Shown here piece by piece: positions 13,691 through 25,640 of a DNA stretch of 64,000 nt. The number at the start of each line of letters is the position of its first letter. The stretch's first letter is position 1. The notes below the pieces were generated by a model. The model was given only the letters and a program-made list of their open reading frames with translations. It was not told the origin of the DNA and ran no database searches. The position numbers were made by a program, and so were the translations under genes. The stretch is from Ranitomeya imitator (lineage: Eukaryota): contig NC_091284.1 of the NCBI RefSeq assembly GCF_032444005.1, positions 702,708,001 through 702,772,000 on the forward strand, given 5' to 3'.

Positions 13691-14551
13691 TGGAGCTGAA
13701 GTAAATTTTTTGTGTAAAAAAGTTAAATGTTCATTTTTATTTAAACATTCCAAAAATTCCTATTAAACACCTGAAGGGTTAATAAACTTCTTGAATGTGG
13801 TTTTGAGCACCTTGAGGGGTGCAGTTTTTAGAATGGTGTCACACTTGGGCATTTTCTATCATATAGACCCCTCAAAATGACTTCAAATGAGACGTGGTCC
13901 CTAAAAAAAAATGGTGTTGTAAAAATGAGAAATTGCTGGTCAACTTTTAACCCTTATAACTCCCTAACAAAAAAAAAAATTGGTTCCAAAATTATGCTGA
14001 TGTAAAGGAGACATGTGGGAAATGTTACTTATTAAGTATTTTGTGTGACATATCTCTGTGATTTAATTGCATAAAAATTCAAAGTTTGAAAATTGCGAAA
14101 TTTTCAAAATTTTCGCCAAATTTCCGTTTTTTTCACAAATAAACGCAGGTACTATCAAAGAAATTTTACCACTATCATGAAGTACAATATGTCACGAGAA
14201 AACAATGTCAGAATCACCAGGATCCGTTGAAGCGTTTCGGAGTTATAACCTCATAAAGGGACAGTGGTCAGAATTGTAAAAATTGGCCTGGTCATTAACG
14301 TGCAAACCACCCTTGGGGGTAAAGGGGTTAAAGAGAAGAAAATGTGAGTGCTACCATGAATCCTGTAGGTAAGTCTGTGTAGAACAGTGGGCCGTTTTGG
14401 TCACATGGCCTTGATTAAGGCCTACAAAATACATAATAATAGCTGTTATTATTATGTACCAATACTGGGTGTTATAATTTACAGTATACCTATAATCATG
14501 TGCTCCTTATATTTGACCAAATCATCTCTTTTCTGTGTATTCACCTTAACA

Positions 14552-14871
14552 GGGGCAGCACGGTGGCGCAGTGGTTAGCACGGTGGCGCAGTGGTTAGTA
14601 CGGTGGTGCAGTGGTTAGCACTGTAGCCTTGCAGCGATGGAGTCCTGGGTTCAAACCCCACTAAGGACAACATCTGCAAAGAGTTTGTATGTTCTCTCCG
14701 TGTTTGCGTGGGTTTCCTCCGGGTTCCCCGGTTTCCTCCCACCTTCCAAAGACTTACTGATAGGCAATTTAGATTGTGAGCCCCAATGGGGACAGCAATG
14801 ATAATGTGTGCAACCTGTAAAGTGTTGTGGAATATGTTAGTGCTATATAAAAATAAAGATTATTATTATTA
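14552..14871 (+). mobile_element. tRNA-derived SINE with L2-type 3' tail
   Basis: A box TGGCGCAGTGG (triplicated), B box GGTTCAAACCC, and a central GTTTGCGTGGGTTTCCTCCGG block. The tail TGTAAAGTGTTGTGGAATATGTTAGTGCTATATAAAAATAAAGA(TTA)n matches the L2 end at about 37765-37830. Confidence 0.88.
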
Positions 14872-16768
14872 ACATTATATATATATATAAAAAAACTTCC
14901 CTCTCACCCCCATTGGGGGTGGTCTTTGTTGCACCACAGGCAGTATGAATTAGATATTGGTTGTGTTATTACAGTCATATATGTCTGATTCTGAAACACT
15001 GCGGCATTTTAGAGAAAGTGTAGCCGGGGACATGCATCTTGGATGACTAGTCCATGGCAGGCTCCCATGGGCTTCTCGTACATAGGAGGAGACCTGTCGG
15101 CCATGGTGATTGGGCGGTGAGAAGCCGATGGTGTCCGGCCATGGCTTGTCATATGAGATGCAGCAGTAGTGCAGAGTAAATTGTACAAGTCTCCTGCGCA
15201 GGTCTGCTTCTCTGACCTGACCAGGGCACAGTAAAGTACTACAGCGCGCATGTGCAGGGTCTCTTTGACCTTTCCCGGCGCATGTGCACTACATTATTTT
15301 GCTCTGCCCTTGACAGAGTGGAGAAGTCCGCCTGCGTAGAAGCGCGATGCCTGGGAGACTGTGTGCCTGACTTAGGGACGCGTCATCCATACAAAGCAAG
15401 CATCGCAAGAAGAAGGGAGGCGCCAGACCAAGACAGCGACGCACATCAGACTCGACCGCCCTTTAGGGTAGTATAATAAAAGATTTTTTTTATTGTTGGG
15501 GATCTAATTGGGGGCCTATATACCGCATTATAGAATGCTGTATGTCAGGGCTGAAAGGAGGTAGTCTTATGTCATATCGGCCAAACCTGGGGACAGGTTC
15601 CCTTTAAACGAAACATCACAGGAAGTAAAACATAAAAAATAAATATAGGGAATACGGTAACTGTATGAGGAGAACAAGAAGGAATTTTGTAAGAACCCAA
15701 ATAACAAAAGTGGTTAGAGCTTTAAAAATAAATAATTATAAAGGGGATTTTATGTATTGCACAACAAGTAGCATCATTTCGATTTCCCAGCTGTGCTTCC
15801 TATAATGTGCACCCGGTTCTGAGACTCGGCTACTTCCATTGCTCTACCTGCCTGACCTATAGATGGGACAGTACTTCTGTATGTGCGCCGCACAGTCCAC
15901 ACTCGATTGAGGCTGCAGAAAACGTGTGTCTTCTTTATTTGGGAAGGTCCATGATGGAGCGCACAGTGATCAGGGAAAGGTGTGTAGGATGCCAGCAGTC
16001 ATTAGGGGCAGTGCTCTCGGAGGGGTCAGCTGTCAGTGACACAGACCATCCATGGGATGTTTGCTTGCGTTGGGACATCTCTGCAATATGGGAAATCATC
16101 ATATATGTATCACCCAGTGCTCAGTCCTGCATGTACAAACCACTGACACTGAACATTGGGGAGGATGGTTGCGTACCACCCTTCTTTTGACAGGTGCAAT
16201 ACATATTTGTCTGGTCTCCTGTAAGGGTACCAACAGCAGAGGGGCTCTCCCCTGTATAACGGATTGTGTGAAGCTGAAATATGCTGTAAAATATGCAGAA
16301 TTATGTTTTTTTAAGCTAAAGATAAACTATGATTCAAGGGCTATATCTGTTGTTTCATAAGGGGACTCGAGCTGTACTCCCACCTACCATATGGTGTCAG
16401 CTCCAATCTCTGCAAGAAAGCGCCATTGTCTCATCTGTATCTAGCACTTTTCTTGATTAAGGGCGAATCTTAACATTATGTTAATGTTTTCTTCATTCCC
16501 AAAGCCAAGCTCATCAAATTACTAGCCAATCACTTAATAGCACATATGCACCAAACAGACCTTATTATTTGGCCTGTAATCTTCCCATTATGTCCCTGAG
16601 TTATTTATAGGCTGCGAGTGATTGAAAGTCTTCACTGTTCAAAATGCTGTTTATAATCTATGAATTACTAAAATGGAGCAGTTTTGGCCAATAATTTGAT
16701 GCAGGCACATGTGTATTAACGAGATACAGAAAATCAGAGCTGGATTGTGACCAATGATTTCTGTCTGT

Positions 16769-16912
16769 NNNNNNNNNNNNNNNNNNNNNNNNNNNNNNNN
16801 NNNNNNNNNNNNNNNNNNNNNNNNNNNNNNNNNNNNNNNNNNNNNNNNNNNNNNNNNNNNNNNNNNNNNNNNNNNNNNNNNNNNNNNNNNNNNNNNNNNN
16901 NNNNNNNNNNNN
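16769..16912. other. Assembly gap (N run)
   Basis: Run of N. Confidence 1.
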
Positions 16913-17128
16913 TTATTATGCAGATTACATTTTTCTCTGATTTTCCTAAATGGTCGGTGCAAATGAGTCAGTCTAATAAAAGTCATCACCCGTTAGAGTA
17001 TACATTGAATTTTATTGAAGAAACCTCCCAATGATAACAGTATAATCTCCAAAGTGAATAAAACCTCAAAATGCACTGTTCCAAATTATTAGGCACAGTA
17101 GAATTTCTAAACATTTCATGTATTAACT

Positions 17129-17200
17129 AACCCCTTTGCCCCCAAGGGTGGTTTGCACGTTAATGACCGGGCCAATTTTTACAATTCTGACCACTGTCCC
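17129..17200. mobile_element. Isolated terminus of the piggyBac-like family
   Basis: CCCCTTTGCCCCCAAGGGTGGTTTGCACGTTAATGACC is the near reverse complement of 14290-14327. Confidence 0.75.
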
Positions 17201-17221
17201 TTTATCTATATATACGTATAA

Positions 17222-17751
17222 CTAGATTGTGGCCCGATTCTAACGCATCGGGTATTCTAGAATATGCATGTCCCCGTAGTATATGGACAATGATGATTCC
17301 AGAATTGGTGGCAGACTGTGCCCGTCGCTGATTGGTCGAGACAACCTTTATGACATCATCGTCGCCATGGCAACCATTATGACATCTACGTTGATACTGT
17401 GCCCGTCGCTGATTGGTCGAGGCGAATTCGCGGCAGACTGTCTCCGTCGCTGATTGGTCGAGGCAACCTTTATGACATCATCATCGCCATGCTGTGCCCG
17501 TGGTTGATTGGTCGAGACAACCTTTATGACATCATCGTCGCCATGGCAACCATTATGACATCTACGTTGATACTGTGCCCGTCGCTGATTGGTCGAGGCG
17601 AATTCGCGGCAGACTGTGCCCGTCGCTGATTGGTCGAGGCAACCTTTATGACATCATCATCGCCATGCTGTGCCTGTCGTTGATTGGTCGAGGCCTGGCG
17701 GCCAGGACAGACAGACAGACGGAAAAACCTTTAGACAATTATATATATAGA
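17222..17751 (-). mobile_element. Non-autonomous Helitron, complete
   Basis: On the minus strand: 5' A|TCTATATATATAATTGTCTAA, 3' hairpin CCCGATGCGTTAGAATCGGG, then CTAG|T. Termini match those of 41658-43086. Confidence 0.75.
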
Positions 17752-18385
17752 TTGTCTAAGGGTTTTTCCGTCTGTCTGTCTGTCCTGGAAATCCCGCGTC
17801 TCTGATTGGTCGAGGCCGCCAGGCCTCGGCCAATCAGCGACGGGCACAGCATGGCGACGATGATGTCATAAAGGTTGCCTCAACCAATCAGCGACGGGCA
17901 CAGCATGGCGACGATGATGTCATAAAGGTTGCCTCGACCAATCAGCGACGGGCACAGTATGCCGCAAATTCGCCTCGACCAATCAGCGACGGGCACAGTA
18001 TCGACGTAGATGTCATAATGGTTGCCATGGCGACGATGATGTCATAAAGGTTGCCTCGACCAATCAGCGACGGGCACAGCATGGCGACGATGATGTCATA
18101 AAGGTTGCCTCGACCAATCAGCAACGGGCACAGCATGGCGACGATGATGTCATAAAGGTTGCCTCGACCAATCAGCGACGAGCACAGTCTGCCGCGAATT
18201 TGCCTCGACCAATCAGCGACGGGCACAGTATAGACGTAGATGTCATAATGGTTGCCATGGCGACGATGATGTCATAAAGGTTGCCTCGACCAATCAGCGA
18301 CGGGCACAGTCTGCCGCAAATTCTGGAATCATCATTGTCCATATACTACGGGGACATGCATATTCTATAATACCCGATGCGTTAG
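17751..18385 (+). mobile_element. Second copy of the same Helitron, head-to-head with the first and truncated at both ends
   Basis: Starts ATTGTCTAAGGGTTTTTCCG and stops inside the 3' hairpin (CCCGATGCGTTAG). It contains internal repeats of CTCGACCAATCAGCGACGGGCACAG. Confidence 0.75.
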
Positions 18386-18921
18386 CAGAAGGTTCGGCCC
18401 CAGAAGTTCTGGACCCAGCGCTTCAGCAGCTCTGGCAGCCTGTCTTCCCTTTTACATATCTACCCACAAAAAGGATGATATTGGTCTAAATGTAGAATAT
18501 AAAATATCAATACTTTATTGTTAAAAAATGACAACAGGTGCACAGAGGTAATATACAGAACGATGTCTAAAACGGTGCTGTAGAAACAATGACAGGAGGC
18601 ATGTGAGAGGAGGTCGACATATAGATATATGATCCTAAGCAGAACAATGCTTGTTAAACATATTATTACACTTATTAGAGGGACCAAAAATATGGAACAA
18701 TGAGATCATAGATACGTAATGATTAGACATTGGTCCCTATAAGTATGGGGTTAACAAAGACACTGCATCATACCCACAATGGGGACTGTGCGCAGCAGCC
18801 ACTACCATTGATTAAAGCCGTTTTGATAGTAATAATAATCATGGCAAGAGAAAAATAATGAAGCAGTTGTCAGCGTTTTAACCACCGCAGTGTAGAGAGA
18901 CTCTCCTGGAATGTGCCTCTG

Positions 18922-18960
18922 CCCCAACGCGCGTTTCGGAAAACAACCTTCGACAGGGGG
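18922..18960 (-). ncRNA. Minimal type I hammerhead, core A6 mutated
   Basis: Reverse complement reads CCCC-CTGTCGA-A-GG..CC-GAAA-CGCGCG-T-T-GGGG. Confidence 0.65.
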
Positions 18961-18999
18961 CCCCCTGACGAAGGTTGTTTTCTGAAACGCGCGTTGGGG
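18961..18999 (+). ncRNA. Minimal type I hammerhead ribozyme, intact core
   Basis: CCCC-CTGACGA-AGG(TTGTTT)TCT-GAAA-CGCGCG-T-T-GGGG. Stem I is 4 bp, stem II is weak, and stem III is the palindrome ACGCGCGT. Confidence 0.75.
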
Positions 19000-19325
19000 C
19001 GGAGGCACGTTCCAGTAGAGTCTGTCTACACTGCGGTGGGTGTCTTTGTTAACCCCATATTACCTCTGTGCACCTGTTGTCATTTTTTAACAATAAAGTA
19101 TTGATATTTTATATTCTATATTTAGACCAATATCATCCTTTTTGTGGGTATGTGTTTGATATATGATGATAGGTCATATTATGGTCCTATTTGATTCGTA
19201 TATATGTACCATGCAGGAAAACGCTATAAGTGGTCTTTTACATATCTATCAGAAGCATGCACTGTTAATTTTATTAAGGTCTGCTTCAGAGGACATTTTC
19301 AAGGCTTTGAAGTGTACTGACTTAT

Positions 19326-19598
19326 AGGGAACTTGTCACTGGGTTTTTGCTACCTAATCTGAGAGCAGGATAATGTAGAAACAGAGACTCTGATTCCAGA
19401 AATGTGTCACTTATTGGGCTGCTTGGGCAGGGTTATACAGAGCTCAGCATTCAGAGAACTGCTAGATTTGCAGCAGAGAAGACATTGATTTTCAGAACTG
19501 CAGCAAGCACCTCAGTGACTCAACACTGGAGTCTGGATCTCTGCCCCTACCTCATGCTGCTCTCAAATAGGGTAGCAGATCATGTTAGTAGATTCCCT
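19326..19598. mobile_element. Kolobok/T2-like MITE
   Basis: Termini AGGGAACTTGTCA ... TAGTAGATTCCCT. It shares the TTAA at 19599-19602 with a second element that starts AGGGAATCTGTCA at 19603. Confidence 0.65.
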
Positions 19599-20027
19599 TT
19601 AAAGGGAATCTGTCACCACTTTTATGGCATAGGAGCTAAAAATATCACCTTATTAAGAGTCTGCTATGCATTCCCTACATCTTTATAGAACCCGCTGACT
19701 CCCCTTGTATACTCACAAAAAGGTGTTTTAATGTGTCCCGCGCTGCATGTTAATTTCTCAGTCCGGTCCGATGGGCGTGGTTTCGGGTCTGTACATCACG
19801 CCCATTGGCTGTAGGTCGCCATCCTACTTTATAGGTAACTCCTCTTGTCCCGTGCGACAATTTGCTCCTGCTCAGAAATATAGCCTTGTGCACCTGCGCA
19901 ATACGCTTTGCCCAACTGCGGGCAAAGGTGAAAAACAGAAGTACATATGCACCGACACATACTTCCGGCTCATGTAACTCATGTATCGGAAGTACGTTTA
20001 CCTGCGCATGTGCACTTCTGTTTTTCT

Positions 20028-20840
20028 GATAGTGCCCGTCAGCTCCCTGCATGGATAGTGCCCGTCAGCTCCCTGCATAGATAGTGCCTGCCAGCTACCC
20101 TGCATAGATAGTGCCCGTCATCTCCCTGCATAGATAGTGCCCATCAGCTCCCTGCATAGATAGTGCCCATCAGCTCCCTGCATAGATAGTGCCTGCCAGC
20201 TCCCTGCATAGATAGTGCCCGTCATCTCCCTGCATAGATAGTGCCCGTCATCTCCCTGCATAGATAGTGCCTGTCAGCTCCCTGCAAAGATAGTGCCTGC
20301 CAGCTCCCTGCATAGATAGTGCCCATCAGCTCCCTGCATAGATAGTGCCCATCAGCTCCCTGCATAGATAGTGCCCATCAGCTCCCTGCATAGATAGTGC
20401 ACATCAGCTCCCTGCATAGATAGTGCCTGTCAGCTCCCTGCATAGATAGTGCACATTAGCTCCCTGCATAGATAGTGCCCATCAGCTCCCTGCATAGATA
20501 GTGCACATCAGCTCCCTGCATAGATAGTGCCTGCCAGCTCCCTGCATAGATAGTGCCCGTCATCTCCCTGCATAGATAGTGCCCGTCAGCTCCCTGCATA
20601 GATAGTGCCTGTCAGCTCCCTGCATAGATAGTGACCGTCAGCTCCCTGCATAGATAGTGCACATCAGCTCCCTGCATAGATAGTGCCCGTCATCTCTCTG
20701 CATAGATAGTGCCCATCAGCTCCCTGCATAGATAGTGCCTGTCATCTCCCTGCATAGATAGTGCCTGTCAGCTCCCTGCATAGATAGTGCCCGTCAGCTC
20801 CCTGCATAGATAGTGCCCGTCAGCTCCCTGCATAAAGAGT
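20028..20840. repeat. 26-bp minisatellite, about 31 units, inside a T2-like element
   Basis: Unit GATAGTGCCCGTCAGCTCCCTGCATA. Units degenerate toward about 20950. Confidence 0.95.
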
Positions 20841-22097
20841 GTCTGCCAGTTGCCTTCATAAACAGTGCCTTTTAGCTGCCTCCATAAATAGTGCCTACCA
20901 GCAACCTCCGTAGGTAGTGCCTGCTAGGTACCCCATAACAGTAGCAGCCAGAGCGTGCCACCAAATACCGTACTATCATGTTCTTTTAGGCTCTGTACAG
21001 CCAACGTGCTCCCAATAGTGCTGCCAAAGTGTGCACCCACCAAATCCTTAAGAAGCCTACAAGGCGAATCGCACAACTACAAAAATAAGTGTTTGCCCCA
21101 GAGAATAATTATCATATTGTATTCAGCATCTAGCTGACAAAACCCAAGCAGTTTTTCTTTCTATGATTCCATATCCAGCTGCCTGTATGTTACAGTGTAA
21201 ACCCTCTGTATGGCAGCCCTGCTCATAGCCATGCAGGAGCCTGGGATCCTGAAGAAGGGCTCGACGCAACCTGATGGAAAAAGCAGTGCACTGCTCCTCC
21301 CATGGGCCCTCGCCGGGTATAATGTGTGCTTTATGTGTATTTGTCTGCTATAAAACATCAGCAAGAAGGAAGAAAAAAGACTAGACTAATAATGGTGTGC
21401 ACATCCACAACATAGTAAAATGTAAGAAAAACCTATAAAATACATATAACAAGACCAATGTACCAACGCCCCCAAATACCAGGCCAAATAGGCCCTAGAA
21501 TGAAATGGATGAAATAATCCAATGGTTAGTGGTTCATACACTTGTGCAATGCTCAATAATAGCCTATCTCACCATAAGAGATAAATCTATACATTCAACA
21601 AGAACATGTACTGATGGCAATCCACCAAACATCCCAATAATGATGTGACAACAGCAGTATGTATGGTAGATGTAATACACATTAGTGGGTCTATACAAAG
21701 CTCTGGGTGTTACCCACAGTGTGACACTAAAAAACCTTCACCCTCATTACGGGAACATATGATAGTGTATCCTACTGTAACTCCTAAGTTTCCGGTGTCT
21801 TAGCCTTGGTAATCTGGGGATAAATTCTCCCAGTATGAAACACCATAGATAAGGAGGAGGAAAAAAGAGGAATACCCAATCATTATATGGGATATATAGT
21901 AACTCTGGGAAAAGGTAAATATACAACCTGATCAGTGGTCACTCATGGTGCAGTGTAGAGGAGTATAGAGGTCACGAAAAGGGCTATAATAGCCTATGGG
22001 ATTTGGGGAGGCCGCATGGCCGGTTCAGAAAAGGCTATAAGATAAAGCCATATAAATATGGAATCCTAATGGAAGATGAAAAGGGGTGAGGTGAGGG

Positions 22098-22135
22098 CCC
22101 CATGCGTATTGCTGCAGCCGCAGCTTCGTCAGGGG
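22098..22135 (-). ncRNA. Decayed minimal hammerhead (pLTR remnant)
   Basis: Reverse complement reads CCC-CTGACGA-A-GCTGC(GGCT)GCAGC-AATA-CGCAT-G-GGG. It has a perfect 5-bp stem II and an intact CUGACGA, while GAAA and the palindrome have decayed with CpG-type changes. Confidence 0.55.
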
Positions 22136-23426
22136 TAGTGACCATGAGGTGAATGCATCAGGTTTAAATATACACCTTGATACCGGTGTGAAGTCATGGC
22201 GCTGGTTAATGAAGGAAGTTCCGGCGCGAGTTGTGTGAAGACAGGACGCGAATAGTTGTCTGACTGTCCGGAAGTATGTGCCGTTGCTATGGCATGTTCC
22301 GGCGCGTGCACACATTGGACAAGCCAGAAATACAAGAGCAATAAAGCGCATGCGCTGGTACCAGCAGCGGATAATAGCATAGGCATAAGTGGAAGCGCGC
22401 ATGCGCCGTAGCTGCAAAAACAGGACGACCTGAATAAGCGAGTGTGACATGCGCATACAATCTACTAAGGGCTCAATAGAGCCTGAATGTGGCGTTGAAG
22501 GGGAGGTGGAAAACTAAATGCCCTAAGTGATAGTTATTGGCACGGCCACCAGCAAGTAGCCTGCAAAGAGCAATGGAACAAACAACATGTATATTAAGTT
22601 TATCGACATTTTATTATATATTATATTATGTTATATCAAGTTCTACAATGCACACCAATAAGAACGGCAAGTATAGCTCATATGGTTATTAGGTATATCA
22701 CAAAATAGGTGTAAAAGCCCCCTTGAGATAAATACAAACGCCCATAAAAAGGTCCTAAATAGTGCTAAAGTGCCCCCGACCCAAAAAAGTTGGTCATAAG
22801 ACTGGGAGCGAGTGTCATGACTGCATAGACACTACCCAGTGGGAAAGTGGTATCCCCAATAGTGTCCATATGATATTACAGAAGACCGGAAAAAGTAGTG
22901 TACCCAGAACAACTTTCATGGAACTCTCAGCCAATCGTGGTGAGACAATAAATTGAGTGAAATATATTGAGGTATTGGTGCACTACACGTACCAAGACAC
23001 CGTCTGTTTTTTACTCATCAATTACATACATTATGTGTCCAAAGGGCCACAATATCCTAAGTATATGAAGTTTCTGTCTATAACCACAGATAAATGGCAT
23101 AATAGCCATAACAAAACCGGATAGAGCATCATTGTGTACATACCAAGTCCAATATACTGCCAAGCCTTCTGGCATAGATCTACAAATAGGTGACAAAATG
23201 GCTCCTAAAACAAGGCTCAAGTACGTAATACAGGAGATCTACAACATTCCATAATGTTCAAGGGTGTCCTTAAAGAAGGATAATATGTTGTTCCATCAAA
23301 GAAGAAAGAAAAGACTGTTTTGGATAAAGGGGCCATTTAAATTCAACACGTGGATCCATCCGGTTTCTTGGTCCATGTCTGTGCCCAGTCACATAAGTAT
23401 GAAAATCCTACAACACTCAATAATGT

Positions 23427-23705
23427 TCAAAAGTATCCTTTGAACAAGATAATATATGGTTCCATCGGAAAAGTCAAGAAAAAACTGTTTTGAATGTAGG
23501 GGTTACTTAAATTCAACACATGGATCCATCCGGTTTCTTGATCCATGTCTATGTTGCTGTCAAGTAATTTACTGCATTGTTCACTGAAGCCAATAACCCC
23601 TCCAATGGTAGGACGGGGCCGATATAAAAAAAGACAAGGGATGTCCTCATAGATATTGCCAGAATGGGTCCACAGTAGGATCTTGTCGAGTGCCACCTGT
23701 ATCAA
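23427..23705 (-). pseudogene. Possible further PLE linker-region remnant
   Basis: The ORF contains PCLFLYRPRPTIGGVI, resembling PPLLCFRQPPNLRSII of the PLE at 48-52 kb. Weak. Confidence 0.35.
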
Positions 23706-23763
23706 AGAAGTAAAGGAGATTTTTTATATTGTTATCCAGATCCTGTATGCCAGGTACAGATAT

Positions 23764-24338
23764 TCATCCCAGGATCCCAGTGAAGAGAAGCTCCTCATTT
23801 AATCCAGTTGGTGCCACCGAGCGCAGTTCAAAGATCCATCTGGATTCGATTTGTAATAAACGCTTTTGTGTAGGGCCACCCCTACCTCCATAAGGGATTT
23901 TTTGTCATCCAATGATCTTAATATTAGAGGTGTAGCCCCCATGTGCTGTCAGAAAGTGAGTGGCTACAGGTCTAAGGGTTTTGCCATTTCTTTGATTGGC
24001 GGCTGCCAGATGAATCGTGGATATATGTTTCTGCGCCTTCTTCCTCAATTACTGAGATGTTTGCCCCACGTATATCTTATTGCAGGAGCAAAGTATAGCA
24101 TATATTACATCCCTGGATTTACAATTAATATACGATTTTAATGGGTGGCTCCTAATGTCATCTGGATTCAAAAAGCATCACATGTGGGGACCATGAAGGG
24201 GCATATATTGCAATCCCCACAGGGGAATGATCCTTTAAGGATGATTAGCCTGTTCAACCTTGCGGTGGGTCTGGAAAAATGGCTCTTAGTCGGGAGCTCC
24301 CGTAGACTAGGGGCTCTTCTTGCCATAAGAACGGGCCT
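23764..24338 (-). pseudogene. Degenerate PLE Zn-linker plus GIY-YIG endonuclease
   Basis: Manual translation gives GSFPCGDCNICPFM, then (after a frameshift) INCKSRDVIYAILCSCNKIYVGQT*LRKK...VATHF...LLQIESRWIFELRSVAPTGLNEEL. Several stops are present. Confidence 0.85.
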
Positions 24339-24519
24339 GTCACTAGTAACTCCGCTGTCTGGGCATCTGTTCTAGACAGCGGATGTTCTAGACTAGGTGT
24401 TGCACCCTATTTTTTTATATAGTTATTGGCACATTTGTGATAGCAGTGCGCCCTTTATTGACAGTTGCTATAAAATATCAATGATCTAGTATAAGGCCTA
24501 GTTCCAGGCTTCAGGGGGC

Positions 24520-25640
24520 ACTGACGCAGGGGCGGGCTGACGCAGGGGCTTGGTGATGCAGGGGCGCGGTGATGCAGGGGGCTCTGACATAAAGGCAGGC
24601 TGACGCAGGAGCATTGACGCAGGGGCGTGCTGATGCAAGGGCGCGGTGACGCAGGGGCAAGCTGATGCAGGGGCGCGGTGATGCAGGTGGCTCTGACGTA
24701 GAGGCAGGCTGACGCAGGAGCGGTGACACAGGGGCGTGGTGATGCAGGGGCGCGGTGACGCAGGGGCTTGGTGATGCAGGGGCGCGGTGATGCAGGGGGC
24801 TCTGACATAGAGGCAGGCTGACGCAGGGGCGTGCTGATGCAAGGGCGCGGTGACGCAGGGGCAGGCTGACGCAGGGGCGCAGTGATGCAGGGGGCTCTGA
24901 CGTAGTGGCAGGCTGACACAGGAGCAGTGAAGCAGGGGCAATCTGATGCAGGGGCGTGCAGACGCAGGGGTGTGCTGACGCAGTGGCGGCCTGACGCAGG
25001 GGGCACTGATGCAGGGGCGCACTGATGCAGGGGGCTCTGACGCAGGGGCGCAGTGATGCGCTCAGGGGCGGGTTGATGCAGGGGCGGGCTGATACAGGGG
25101 TCTCTGACGCAGGGGCGCAGTGATGCGCTCAGGGGCGGGCTGACGCAGGGGCAGGCTGATGCATTGGTCTCTGACGCAGGGGCATACTGACGCAGGGGCG
25201 CAGTGATGCAAGGGGCTCTGATGCATGAGCAGGCTGACTCAGGGGTGCAGTGTCGCAGGGGCGGGCTGAAGCAGAGGCGGGCTGATGCAGAGGCGCAGTG
25301 ACACAAGAGGCTCTGAAGCAGGGGCAGGCAGACGCAGGGGGCGCTGATGCAGAGGCATGCTAGTGCGGTGATGCAGGGGCTTGCTGATGCAGGGGTGCGG
25401 TGACTCGGGCTTGCTGATGAAGGGGCGGGCTTACGCAGGGGCGGGGTGTGCTGACACAGGGGCGCGGTGACGCATGGGCGGGCTGACGCAGGGGCGCGAT
25501 GACTCGGGCTTGCTGACGCAGGGGCGGGCTGATGCAGGGGTGTGCTGACGCAGGGGCGCGGTGACGCAGGAGCGTGCAGACACAGTGACGCAGGGGATTG
25601 CTGACGTAGGGCGGGCTGAAGCAGGGGTGTGCTGAAACAG
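24520..25640. repeat. GC-rich minisatellite (TGACGCAGGGGC core, about 15-17-bp units)
   Basis: Dozens of variant units are visible. This explains the spurious 283-aa and 174-aa minus-strand ORFs. Confidence 0.92.

Larger units (their letters stand above)
9592..14327. mobile_element. piggyBac-like non-autonomous element(s), TTAA-CCCC ... GGGG-TTAA, spanning an N-gap
   Basis: TTAA at 9588-9591 followed by CCCC, and GGGG at 14324-14327 followed by TTAA. Sub-terminal palindrome GACGTACTATCCCGTC/GACGGGATAGTACGTC. Continuity across the gap at 11060-11337 is not provable. Confidence 0.6.
18386..19155. mobile_element. PLE pLTR-derived fold-back element with two head-to-head hammerheads
   Basis: About 100-bp inverted arms (about 18455-18552 vs 19058-19155), plus a central inverted repeat of about 80 bp per arm centred at 18960/18961 that contains mirror-image hammerhead motifs. 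Confidence 0.7.

Noticed and set aside
14558-14648. tRNA gene
   Set aside because: A and B boxes are present but there is no cloverleaf; it continues into a SINE body and L2 tail.
17335-18320. CRISPR-like repeat-spacer appearance (GCCCGTCGCTGATTGGTCGAG recurring)
   Set aside because: The spacers are themselves repeated, the context is eukaryotic, there are no cas genes, and the array lies inside Helitron termini.
21249-21285. CTGAAGAAG motif
   Set aside because: No convincing stem II or GAAAC-palindrome downstream.
24455-25306. 283-aa and 174-aa Pro/Ala/Cys-rich ORFs
   Set aside because: They are translations of a GC-rich minisatellite that lacks stop codons in those frames; no domain motifs.
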